Shown piece after piece: positions 22,901 through 35,247 of a DNA stretch of 64,000 nucleotides (the stretch's first letter is position 1; every line of letters starts with the position of its first letter). Both the position numbers and the translations under genes were made by a program. Source of the DNA: Bilabrum cf. latius. Its lineage: Eukaryota. Below the pieces are notes generated by a model. That model was given only the letters and a program-made list of their open reading frames with translations. It was not told the DNA's origin and did not search any database. The DNA lies in contig OZ237739.1 of assembly GCA_965178125.1 (NCBI GenBank), positions 1,488,001 to 1,552,000 on the forward strand. The letters run 5' to 3'.

Positions 22901-25900
22901 CTCGCTGCCTCTGCCGCCTGCCTCACGGCCCTGTCTGCCAGCCTCATGGCGCTCTCGAAGCCTCCAGCCGCCTACCCCTGGGCCTTAACCCCCCCCCTGA
23001 GGGCCTCCTGTACCGCCCTGGCAGCCAGCTCCACGCCCCTCGCCGCGTCCTTGTCCGTCTGCAAGGCCTTGTCCCGCACCATCATGCGCGCAGCCTGCGT
23101 CACCAGCACGCCCATGTCGACAGGGGCTAGGTCCAGCCGCAGCATCTTGGCCACCGAGGCGGACCAGGGGGACAGACACGCCTCCACCGCGCGGGCACCC
23201 GAGCCCGAGGTCTCGAGCGCGCGCCCAAGCTCTCGTTGCAGCGCGGCCTGCGCCTCTTGCTTCATGGTTCCGTCTGCATCCGCCGAGAGGGCGGCTCGCA
23301 CAACACCGTGCACTGCAGAGGCAGAACCGGTGAGGGCCCGCACCTGGGCGTCCGGGATGGAGGCCAGAGGGGACACGGGCGGGGCCGCGCCTGCAGCCGA
23401 GGCAAGGACCAGCAGCGCAGTGGCAGTGGCCACGATCGTGGGAGGCAGCTTGCGCTTGTCTGCCGTCACGCCCAGACGCGCACCCAGCACCTACGCCCGT
23501 AGCACCACGGCGAGGGGCCAGCCGGCCGCAGCACCCACAGTCCGCACCGAACGGGTCAGAGCACGTACCTCTGCGGGCCGCAGGCCAATACCCGCGGGAG
23601 GGCTGTATATGGCCACCAGGTCACTCGCGGCCGCACTCGAGCCAGCAGCCCCTCTCGCCGCGGCCGCCCTATCCCAGTAGGCCAGGGCAGGGGGCAGCCT
23701 CCAGGTGGGCGGGCACATGGGGTGGAAGCGGCTGCCGGGGGCCACTGCTTCCCTGTCCGCGGCCTTGGCGGCAGCGGGCGCCTGTAGCACCCTGGGGGGC
23801 GGCTTGTGCGCGTGCTCTGCACTCCCTTTCGACTTGCGGATGCCCGCCGCCTGCCGCAAGATCGCTGCTGCCCTCCTCTACCTCTCCCGATCCAGCCGCC
23901 GCCGCTTCGCCTTGGCGCTCTTCTGCGCCTTAACCCGCGCTGCCCGGGCACGCTCCCGCTCCGCCTTCAGGGCAGCGGCCCGCTCCTCCCATGCCTGCGC
24001 AGACAGCGCTCCCATCCCGTCCGGGTCATCCCCTTCACCTTCCCCATCCCCGAGCTCGCTCGAATCGCGGGGCCGCTTGCTGCCCAGAGCACCCCTCACA
24101 CCGGACCCGCTGTGCTCGGTGTCACCGTCTTCCATGGCGGCCTGATCGCCGCTGCTAGTGGCCCCCGCGCCCTCCCCCTCCGGTTTCTCTAGCCCCATCG
24201 CAATGCGATGCCTCCGCAATGCCTCCGCCTCGCTGCTGCTCAGGGCAGCGGCAAGAGCCGACGAGTGCTCGCTCTGCGCGTGCTGCAGCATTTCGTTCTC
24301 CTCGGCGCGCTGTCGGGCCAGCTCCTCCTCCTCTTCCTTGCGCAGCTGCTCCGCGTACTTTTGTTCCATAGCAAGCTCCTGCGCCGCTTCCGCTACCATC
24401 ATGCTGGCTACCCGGCGCTTTTTCGGGTCCTCTGCGCCTTGGCCGGCTGCATCCCCCTCCGTTATCCCGTCGGTGGGCGCGTCCGTTGCATCAGCGCCGC
24501 GGGTGCTGTTTCCCAGACTGACGGAAAGTCCCGCGCCAGAGGCCGGCTGAATTGATGAGATAGCCCCAGTGTCTGTGCCTTGCACTGCTTGTCTCCGCAA
24601 GATCGCCATCGATGCGGCCGACGCCGGCGGGCTGGTAAACTGCGCCTGCCCCGACCCATTGACCCCTGCCTTGGCTGGGCTCATCTGGGTGGCACTCGCA
24701 ACTCCAGCACTAGCATTGCCAGCCTCGTCTTCGTCCTCGTCTTCGTCCTCATCTTCGCCCTCGTCTTCGCCCTCGTCTTCCTCATCCTCCTCCGGATACC
24801 AGGGGTCTTTCCACTGCGGCGGGGCCGGCTTGGCCAGCTCGGTCTCTGCCTGTGCCACGGAATCGAACTGCTGCAGCAGGTGCCACCTGAGCACAACGTG
24901 CACGCCGCCCTCATCCATTGCCAGCGGTTCCTACCACAGCACGGGCTGCCCGCTCGCGCCACCAGCGTCCACGGGGGCAGGAGGCGCGGGAACAGGCAGA
25001 CTCTCCGGGCGAACTCTATCCACGGATCCCAGCGCCCTCCGCACCTCTGCCTCCTCCAGCCCGCACCCCTCCTGCAGCACGAGAGGGCCCCCCACAGGTC
25101 CTCCATCTGCCCCAACCTGCACCGACTCGAAGAAAGCCCGTTGGCCAGATGCTTTGTATGCCTCTAGAGCCGACTCCTGCCTCAGCTCTGCATCGAGCGC
25201 GGCACCGGGGCCTGACTCCCCCCCCTGCCCCTGCCTCTGCTCCTGCTCCTCTGGTCCGCCCATAGACTTGAGCAGCTGCAGCTCTTTCGGCGGCAGCGGG
25301 AGCAGGTGCGCTCTCACCAGGAGCACGGGCTCCTGGCCCCCTCTTGTTCCCTGGCCCTCGCTCGCCGCGGCCTCTTTTCTTCTCATGGCCTATAGCTGCT
25401 CCTCATCCGCTGTGCCCTCGATTAGCCTGACCACGTGCGTCCCAAGGCCCGGCTCGTATCCCACCACTCGTCCACTGTACCACTGCGTCTCTTGAGGCTG
25501 CAGGCGGAACACCTCCTTCTGAGACCGGACACGCGCAGCTCCATCCGGTGCGTCGCCCCCGTCGGTCCGTCTTCGCTTGCTGGCGGGCTAGCCGTTGGCA
25601 GCCACCGGTGCCTCTGGCTCTGGCTCTGGCTCGTCGTAGTCCAGCCCTGGCACGCTGTCTCCGTCCTCGTCCCCCATGCCCCCCATGTCCAGGCCGGGGA
25701 TCGCGGTCTCGTCGTCCTCGTCGTTTCCTTTCGCCCCGGCACCAGCACCAGCGCTGTCATCATCCCCCCCGTCCCCCGCCTCCTCCCGCCCCACCAGCCA
25801 CAAGTCCACCCATTCACCCAACAGCGCCTCTCCTTCCGTCTTGCCGCCGCCTTCGCCCCCCTTGCCCCCAGCAGGCAGGGCCCACTGCCCCACGGGCACC

Positions 25901-26670
25901 TTTCGCGTGTCCAGCCCGCCCAGGTAGCCCTTGCAGCTGGCGGCCCCGCACCTGCACACAGTAGGGCGAAAACCCCGTCTCTGCCACTGGTAGTCATACG
26001 TGACTTCCTCGCCCTTCTCTATTGCGCGATGGCTGAATATACCAATACGTTGCTCGCCAGCCACATCCCAGGTCTACGTGGCGCAATTGGGATCGCAGCT
26101 GTGGTTAATGAATCGCGCCAAACCGCCTCGCTGGCCAGCGTCGATGTACTCGCGCGCCCCCAGCTTCATGACGTAAAAATGGGAGTCGTCGTCAGCGTCC
26201 CGCATTCGCCGTCGGAACTGCCGCTCACCTATCACCTCACCTACGTACTCGATTATAAACTCCCCGGCTTCGATCCTCTCCTGGGCGCGAAGCCCACGAC
26301 CCTTCCCTGGGGTGTCTACGAGAGCCACGTTAGCAGACTGAAGCAGTTGGAAACGCTTGTTGCGACATCTTGCCTTGCTGCAGCTGCCTACAATGCACTC
26401 CGTTTTAGTAGAACGATTGATACACTCGTCGGAGCTGCAAATGCTGTCCCCGTCGGTAAATCGGGTCCTGCAGCCGCACTGGTACGTCTCATCCCGGGGA
26501 TGCACCAGCTTCTGTGTCCGTGAAATGTATTCATTTTGTGCAATTAGAGTGAAATCACGCGGAATGTCGCCTAGTTCGCCAGCCTTGGCGCGGCGGGCCC
26601 AACTCTCCAGCGCATCACGGATCGCAGTAGGCTAGTGCGGCCCAATGCTAACCTCGATCCGGGAATCCAT
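19927..26670 (-). CDS. SET2/ASH1/NSD-type histone lysine methyltransferase (AWS-SET-postSET) with Tudor-like, cyclin-like and degenerate kinase-like regions, ~2247 aa
   Basis: AWS cysteines, GKGRGL, FIIEYVGEVI, RFINHSCDPNCAT*TW, EEVTYDY and postSET CRCGAASCKGYLG. A single frame runs from ATG 26670 to TGA 19927, broken only by 11 TAGs (26632, 26074, 25588, 25390, 24931, 23878, 23491, 22972, 22324, 22240, 20140). Confidence 0.8.
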
Positions 26671-26980
26671 GGAGCTATTGATAACCGAACGATGAGCTTG
26701 CGATCTATCCGTGAAATGATGGGGTGCGGCGTGATATCCGACGAAAGTGGATTGACCGGCGAGCGGCTCGATTCAAAGACTGTCCTGGATGACGAGTGAC
26801 CTTAGCGGCAACAAAACCAACCACATACCAGGCCTAGCACAACGATTTGGGTACGAGGCACAGTGATAGATAAGAGTATAGCCAAGGTGCCACCACTCAC
26901 GACGCTCGCACAGGCATGGCAACAATAACCGGGACAATAAGTTCCTGCTAGATCTAGCGTACCATCGCCTGACCATCGCC

Positions 26981-29900
26981 TCAGAACGGGTCCTCGAACC
27001 CGTCGTCCAGCTCCAAATCGTCCTCGTCCTCGTCCTCGTCCACCTCCTGCACGCTCCCACTGTCAGGCCCACCGTCCACCACCGCCCCGGCCACACCCCC
27101 GACCCTTGGGAACAATGTTACCTCCTTAGTCGCAGCAGCAGGCAGCAGGTCCTCGTCCTCCTCCTCCTCGATGGCCAGCATCTCTCCGTGCCCCTGCCCC
27201 TGCCCCTGTCGCTTGCCCTGCCCTCCTGCTGATTCGCCCACTGACATGACTCTCCCGGCCTTTGCGCTTGCATTCTCTCCGTGCTGCTGCACCGCTCGCC
27301 CCCTTGCCTTCAGCTTGTTCCTCAAAGCCTCCACCTGCCTCTCGATGGCAGCCCGCCCAGTTGCACCGTCCACTGCCGGCACCACCGCAGCGACAGACGC
27401 AGTGCATCCACTGGTGGACGACGCCTGCCCCGCCCGTGCACCTCGTGGCTGGGCGCCATGCACAGTGCGAGAGCCATTGGGCACGACTGGTGAATCGAAT
27501 GCCTTGGTCCTTGCCGAGTTGCCTGCATTGTTCCCTGGATTGTTCCCCCGCTTTGCCCTCATCCTAGCGGACACGGGCTTCAGTGTGATCCTACCCCTGG
27601 CCTCCTTCTCCCTCAGCTCTTGTTCCCTGGCCCAGGCCATGGATGCGATGGCTGCCACTGGATCTGGGGCTGCTGCACCCGCTGCTTCGCTCTCTACCCT
27701 TCGTGCGCCAAGTGCGACCCGCCCGCCTGCAACTCGCTCTGGGCGACCGCGGTGCACGGCGCTCTGAGGCCGCACTCGCTAGCCCAGCGAAGTCTGGGTG
27801 CCACCAGGGGCGGTGGCTTGACCACCTGCCACAGGGGGCAGTCGCGCCGAGGACGGCCTGCTCCCTGCCCCGGTCCTTTTCCCTCCGATTGGGGGCATGC
27901 GAGGCATGTCAGGCCCTTGCCTGTACGTGTTCATGTGCCCATCGCGTGCATCCGTCGCCCCACCCGCCCCACCCCCGAGCACTGGTGCCCCGTACACTCT
28001 GGTCGCCGCTCGGATGTTCTTCTCCGCCAGCCCCCCGGGGCCGTGCAGCCCGCCCAATAACTGCACCTTACGCCTGGCGGTCGTTGCTGTTTGGGGGCGA
28101 TGGCCCCGGCTGTGCCTCAGCCTGCTGCCTGTACTACTGCTGCCTGCTCTTGCATGCAAGCCATGTTGATCTGATATCCTGGCCTCGCTCGAGGAGCCCC
28201 TCATACCAGCAGCCGACGAGGGTCGCGCTCGCCTCCTCTGTGGAGGCATGCCTGGCCTCACCCCACGCCGAGGCACGGCCGACCCGGGGCGCGTTGTGGG
28301 CCGAGAAGCTGTCCCCGCCCCTGCCCTTTGCATGTGCGCATGCACAGCAGGCAGCACCGGGGCACTCCTACCGGCATGACCCCTATCACTCCCACTGCCT
28401 CCTCGTTCCCCTCCTCTTCCCAGCAGCGCGCCCATCGGGTCCTCAGACTGCTCTACCCACTCGGGACCCGCCACTCCAGGCAGGCCCGGCCCTGCACCAA
28501 GATCCAGGCCCTCTATCCAGGCAGGCCCAGGCCCCTGCCCCCATTGGCTTCTGCCCACATGCCCACCCCTGCCCCCACCCAGGGGGCCTGTCCCCAGCAG
28601 CACCTACCGCTCCCCGCCCAGCCGAGCACTCACGGCTTCGCTGCCTGCTGCCAGGGCCCTCTGCACCAATGCCTCGCCGCCTGCTGCACTCGTCACATCC
28701 CCCGAGCCGTCCTCCTCGCCTCTACTCCCTGCTGCCGCGCTTGCCCCCACATACCCCGCTGCCTCCAGGCACCTGAGGCCCCACTCCCCCGGCGCCCCTG
28801 CCCTCCCCCTCGGCCCCAGGGTCTGCCACCACGCCAGAAGTGGGCCACCCTCCCCTTGGCCCTCAGGCCTAGGCACCAGGCCACCCGGCAGCGCCGCCCC
28901 CGTTGCGACCAACAGCTCAGTGCCGCGCCCTCGTCCCGTGGAGGGGCCCGTCGTCTCCTTCTCCTTCTCATACCCCCTGTTCCTCTTCTTCTCCTTCGTT
29001 CTAGCCCTGGCACGGGACGGTGACCTGGACACTGGACCGCTGCTTCGATGGGCGCCGGGGGGATACCGCCTTCTGCTCCCGCCTATGGGTCGCCCCACCG
29101 AACGATGCACCCCCTGCTCGTGTTCCCTGGCCACTGCTGCCAGCGCAGCCCTCAGCTCCGCCCCTGTGGGTCGCCCCACCTTGGCCCCGCCCAGTGCTCG
29201 CCCCGGAGCACCTGCTCGGCCGCTCGCCCTGCGGTCCTGCGCCCGACGAGCTGCAGCAAGCGCCAAGGACTCGCGTTCCTGCCCCATGCACCGCGCCACG
29301 TACCAGTCGTTCACCGTCAGCTGCACTGCACGAACGCGCTGCTCCGACCCGCTGCTGCTCCCGCCCTCGGCCTCCAGCCGGGACTGCAGCCTGCACAAAC
29401 CGAGGTACCGGTGCTCGAGCGCGGCAGATTTACCGGAAGAATGCCCGTTTCGCCGGGAGCTGGGGCTGCCTGAGGCAGTGCCCGCTCCTGCACCGCTCCC
29501 GCTCGCTGATGCCCGAGGCCCACCGGGCAGCTCAGCCGCCGCGAATCGCAGGCAGCGAAACATTCCGCGGACGAATGATGCAAACCCATCAAAGTAGATA
29601 GCTTGCTGGTTGATAGCTGGAGGAGGTGCCAGGTTTCGCTCAATATCGTCCAGCACTTCGTCGAGTTTGGAGTGCAGAGCAGTTTGGGACGCTCGAGAGG
29701 AGCTCGGGCGCGGACGGGCTCGAAAAGCGGCTCGACTGCGTGATCGCTTCTTTCCTTTGCGCTTGATTGGTTTTGACTCCTCTGGCTACCACAGTCTTGC
29801 GTTTGCTCCCGCCTTCGCAGTCCGTCTAAAGTTGAAAGATTCACTGCCATTGATAGGCGAACCCGGTGGAACTACTGGACTGTCCCATACGGTATCAGGC

Positions 29901-30184
29901 AACCGATTGCTGCTTTTGAGAGCAACTGGTGTTCCATCTTTTGCATCGTCAATGGCAGCACCTAAACCGCCAGCCAAACCGCCACTCCTGCTGTTACTTT
30001 GCGAAATCGCCCCGGCAAGATACCCCGCTCGTTGTGGCGATGCATCCATAATATCATTGATATATTTTTTCGCAGCTTGCTCTTTCCTAGGACCGTCTGT
30101 CGACGATGAATCAGAATCGAACTCATCGCTGGAGCTGTACGACTCCTCGTCGGTGCCCAGATTCTGGAGAGAGTCTCGCTCCAT
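26981..30184 (-). CDS. Hypothetical low-complexity protein, ~1067 aa (start uncertain)
   Basis: ORFs 29786-30184, 28604-29656, 27779-28603 and 26981-27775 are in one frame joined by three TAGs. Ends TGA. Confidence 0.65.
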
Positions 30185-30353
30185 GCCTGTCTACAGCCTC
30201 AAAAGATAACAGAAAGATGCATCATGAGTACCGATGGCGTGCTGTGGGCTCAGTGGAGCAAGATGATGTCAAGAAATATCGTTTGAGTTCCAATCCGGAG
30301 CCCGCCGCTGTTGCCGTTCAGATTGCGTGCTCGCATCCCTCCGTGGTCGGCAA

Positions 30354-33300
30354 ATGTATGCTGGGAAGAGCAGTGATGGACCAGGCAAATAGACGCTTGC
30401 TGCAATCGCCGAGGCGGCCCAACGAGAGCCGCGTAGCTACGACCCTTTCATAAATACTCGCGGGAGGATACGGCTTAGCGCACTAAGAGAAGCAGTTTCT
30501 GATCCCGAGAAACGAGAGTAGATACTATTGGACTACATATTCGGACTTAATGAAGAAGTTTGCAAAAGTGTGGCGGCAAAACGAAACTCTGTCGCGACGA
30601 AACGCCTGTCGATCGCCATGCGTCTCCTGCAAGATGTCTCCCTGTGGGCGAACGAAGATGTGCGGCAGAGAGGGCTAGCACTGACATTTAACAACCTTGC
30701 CGTTGTGCACAGATAGAGAGGCAACCTCACTAACGCGCTGGTGTTTCTCCAGGAAGCGCTGCAGATGGAGCTGCGGCTGAGGTCTCGGCCGACTGGCATT
30801 GGCACGAGTGGCAGCTTGCAGTACGTGGACCACTGGCACCCAGAGGTTGGGGAAACTCTTCTGAACATTGCAGCAGTGCTCAACAAGCTAGATCGACACC
30901 GGGAGGCGCTGGACGTGGCTCGGCGGGCGGTGGACGAGCTGAAGCCCGGGGGCCTAGAGGGGCATTCCAGGGCATTGGTAGGGAGGCGCGGCATGTCGCT
31001 GTGCACTGCGTGGTTCAATGTTGGCTCTGAATTGGAGCACCTGAACGACTTGCAGGGTGCCTTGAAGGCGTATGATGAGTCCATGCAGGCGGGGGTGCAC
31101 GCGTCCAGGGGGAAATCGCCGCTCCTGCAGCAGGTGAGGCAGGCGGTTGAGGAGTGCAAGAGGAGGACAGCGGGCCCGAGGGCCAGCTCCGAGAAAGAAG
31201 AAGAAAAAGGACATTTCAATCCGGTAGATCCATCCCTGGAGGGGCCTCTGGGGCCCATGGCGTCCGTGTTCAGCCAGACTTCAGCAGAGGTGGAGAGGAG
31301 TGCCGCAGTTTACACTAGCCCCCCCGCAGCTGGTGTGGGCGCCGACAGCCACACCCATGCAGAGAGCAAGTAGGGCGACAATCCCGCAAGCACGCTCGCA
31401 GGGGCATCCCCCTGCAGGCCAGACCTGGATGGCACGTACGTGGACAAGGGAGACATGGTCGTGGACAGGCTGCCTGGAGGCAGGCGGGCTGACGTCATCG
31501 AGGCCGCGACTCGCCGCAATGACGTGGCGGGGTCGCTTCACGGGGGCCTGGCCACTGGGGGACGCACCCCCTCCGTGTTCGAGCACATGCATCCCGAGGC
31601 TCCCCGCCCGGGCACTGGTGGGCACCATCAGGCCGCGCGGTACCCGTTCACTCCGGCTCTGGTGCCTATGGTTCGGGCGGGCGGGAAATAGTCGGCTGCT
31701 GTTGGGGCGGGCCAGCTCGTCTCTGGCAGTCGCAAGACGCTTGTCAGTCGGGGCCCGCAGACAGAAGCGAACATGAAGGGTAGTGGTCATGCCATGGATG
31801 ACGATGATGGCAGCCTTCTCACAGCCGTGCTGCTGACCGGGGACGCCTCCAGACGCGCGCACTCGCCATCAAGAACTCTCATGCGGGCCGCCGCCGCTGC
31901 CTACTCGAGTGCCCGGCCACTGGGCGGACCCCATGGGGAGACTAGTTGCGGGGTTTGGAGGAGGGGCCGTCACCGGAGGGCCAGCTCCGTCTCCATGTCT
32001 GTCGCTAGCAGCCTGAGGAGTGTCACCGGTAGGAGGAGAGCACCCTCGCAGTCGCAGGCACGGGAGGATCGCAAGCTGCAGAGGCTAGCTCAAACACGCC
32101 GGTAGAGGTTGTTGCTGCGGGACAGGGCAAGGGAGGCCGGCGGGGCCCCTGGGCTGGCGCCGGGGGCGAGGGCACTAGATGTGGCCACAGTGCAGCTGCT
32201 GCGCGAGGTAGGGCGGGAGGAGGAGGAAGCCAAGGGGAGGAGAGAGAAGATGGCCAGATAGCTCGCGCTGTACAAGAGGTAGCAGGGCTGGAATATCAAA
32301 GCGGCGCCCCTCTTGCACCCTCATCGCCCTGACCAAGTCGAAGAGGCTGGGCTCGGTACACTGGCAGGCACCAGCTCACTTGGGATGGATGGCGTCACAC
32401 CAGGGACACATGAGTAGGCTATCGTACCACCAAGTAGTGGACTATGGACACCGGCCGCATCCCTCAGGGGCACAGTCAGCACGAGCCAAGCCTCTGCCCC
32501 AAAGACTGCGCTCATGGACACGGTCACGGGCAAGGCAAGTGCAGGCACCGTTACTGGCAGCAATGGCAAGAAGAGAAGCAGGGTCGGGCTGCAGCAAGAT
32601 GCCCTTGACCTGATCCAGCAGGTGGACCCGTACACTGCTGCAGGACGCGCAGTCTAGCAGATCCCCGTGGGTCCCTTGCAGGCTGGGGAGCATGCCGAGC
32701 GCAAGCTGAAGACTGCGCTCCGCATGAAGCGCACGGTGCCCTTCTCGGAGGCAGAGCTCACTGAGGAGAAAGAGAGGGCCAGGGAGAGCGTCAAACAGGG
32801 GGGTCGCTTCCTCAGTCGCAGCTCCGTGAGGGTGCTGCAGGAGAGGGAGGCCCCTCCAGACCAGGGGGGCCTGGATCGGGCTGCACTGGAGGGGCGGGTG
32901 TGGACCGTGAGGCCAGTGGCAGGAGATGCCTACATGCAGCCTCCCAGCGAGGAAGGCGGCGATGATGGTGACGGTGCAATACCAGACGAGGTCAAGTCGG
33001 GTGCATGGGGCCAGAGGGCAATCCGGGTGGGGGAGGGGGGCGAGCTGGTGATGGCTGTGCTAGGGGAGCAGCAGGGGCAAGAGCAGGGGCAGGGGCAAGG
33101 GCAGGCGGGTGGCCGGTAGGAGGACGGGGGTGCAGAGAGTGCCCGTGCCCGAGAGGATCGGCTAGATCTCGAGGCCCTCTAGCGGGACGAGAGGGAGCTG
33201 GTCGAGAGGGCGGCTCGGGAGGCGGCCAACACGCTGACCGAGGGGCAGTCCGAGGAGGAGATGCTGAGGCAGATCACCAGGGACGTGGGGAGGGCGGCGA

Positions 33301-33359
33301 AGATGCGACTGCACGAGAGGATCATGGCCCTCACGGGACGGGCGGGTGGGGCCTCCTGA
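30354..33359 (+). CDS. TPR-repeat protein, ~1001 aa
   Basis: TPR helices LALTFNNLAVVHR*RGNLTNALVFLQEALQME, GETLLNIAAVLNKLDRHREAL and AWFNVGSELEHL..ALKAY. One frame with ~12 TAGs. Ends TGA 33357-33359. Confidence 0.75.
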
Positions 33360-33473
33360 TCTTCTTGCCCGCCCGATCCGATTCTGCATCCTGGATCTGC
33401 GCTCTGGGCGCTCGTCACCCACCTGAGAAAGAAAGACCTGAGCCCCTACCGCTCGAGCACAAACTGAGAAGAC

Positions 33474-35003
33474 ATGCGGAGGAAATATGCAGCAGTGGCA
33501 TTAGCGACCACCTTAACTGGTGCCGGGGCTTGGCTGTGGTACAGGGGCAACCGGCGGCAGCAGCTGCGCAAGAAGATGGCTGTCCCTTTCGTGCAGGATA
33601 TCAAGACGGATAAAACTGCAGCTTGGATGGAGCTTCGGAAAAGCAACGGGAAAACAGGAAGACATCGTGTTGTCCCAGAAGTAACGGTTGTTCGTAGTGC
33701 ATCCACATTTGCGAGGGACGTCCTTCGGCGAGAGGCAGTGAAGCAGCCATCGAGCACGTCGTCGGGTACTCCCGATGTACTTCTGGTACAGACGAAAGCC
33801 ATGTGCCCAGGTTGCGCTGCATTAAGGCCCCGTATCCATATGCTGGCTTAGCTGCTGCATGCAAGCGACGCCAGTCACGTTCGAGTGTGCACCTACAACC
33901 AGCCAGACGCTCCTGCAGAGTTTTTTAGGTGGCAAAGCCCAGTCGTGATACTGCTGCCAGGCGGCCGCGCAGAAGATGCAGTAGAGTTGCGAATGCTTGA
34001 AAACGAGTCGAACGCGGACGAGGACGGGTACTTCCGTTAGGGCGTGCCGTCCATCCCCGAGCTGCTTGGGTTCCTGGTGGAGTTCGGGGAGCACGGGCTG
34101 CGACTCGGACTGGACCGACCCATGCTGGAGGAGGCACTGTAGCTGGAGGACGAGTGCATGCGCTACACGAACTTGCAGCAGCTGCTCAGCCGCACCGCCA
34201 CCGCGCTTGACCTGAGCGACCAGGGGGCCGTGCCCCTGCTGCTGTGCAGGCGCAGGCTCGCCAGCGCGCAGGAGGCCGAGGAGGAGCGGTTGGTCCTGGC
34301 TGCGGAGCAGGGTGATGATGAGGCGGATGCAGCCGCTCCCTCGTTCCCGTGGCAGGACGAGGAAGGCTTCCTGCAGGTGTGCATGCCGCTGATGGGGGGC
34401 TTGCTGGACAGGCTGGGCGGAAGTGAAGGAGGGGGGGCAGAGGAAGAGGACGAGGAAGAGACAGGCGGTTAGGCTGGAGCGGAGACGTTGAAAGGTGCGC
34501 GTGGCCGTGTGACGAGTGCCGCAAAGGATGCGGGCGAGCTGTGGGAGGAGGCCGCGGAGGCCCCGCACGTGGGGGGGTGCGATGACCTGAGCGAGCGGGG
34601 GGCAAGGGCCATGCTGCGGGGGGTGGTTCCGCTGTTGGAGGCACCGCGCGGTTTGCACCGGGAGGTGCTCCGCGGCCTCCAGGGGTCCATGCTGCACTTG
34701 CGGTCTGCCTTGGAGCACCCTCGGTACAGGCACCCCGGGTGCCAGGCAGGGGCGGAGGGGAAGGAAGGCTAGATGGGACGGGGCGGGGACGGGGAGTGGG
34801 ACTGCAGCAATGGAGCGGCGGGAGATGGCGCACTTGGGGTGTACGGTGGTGCAGGGAGCGAGGAAGGTGTGCGTGTGGGTCGGGAGCTGGGGGCGGGCCC
34901 CTTCGGGCTGGTCAAGCTGGCCGTGATGGCGGCGCAATTGTAGCTAGCCACGCTGGCCAAGGAGGAGCGAGAGGGTGGAGATGCTAGGCATGGGAGGAAA
35001 TAA
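33474..35003 (+). CDS. Thioredoxin-fold (CPGC) protein with N-terminal hydrophobic anchor, ~509 aa
   Basis: AAVALATTLTGAGAWLWY segment, DVLLV...CPGCAALRP and SPVVILLP. Six in-frame TAGs. Ends TAA 35001-35003 followed by AT-richer sequence. Confidence 0.65.
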
Positions 35004-35247
35004 TTGATTTAAGCGTGTTTGAGCGAAGGAAATTGCGCACTTGGACAGCAGAATCTGACCGTGTCTGCGCGGGTGAAGCTGTGGGCCATACCGGCGCCGC
35101 GCCATGAGTGCATGTTGGTTCCGCCGCAGGTGGCACACGCCACAACAGCACTCTGTACTATTGCCAGGTAAGATACGAAACGCACACGCAACGTCTAGTA
35201 AATAGATAGGGTCCAGAGGCCAACAGGTGCTGCGTCACTGAGGCCGG

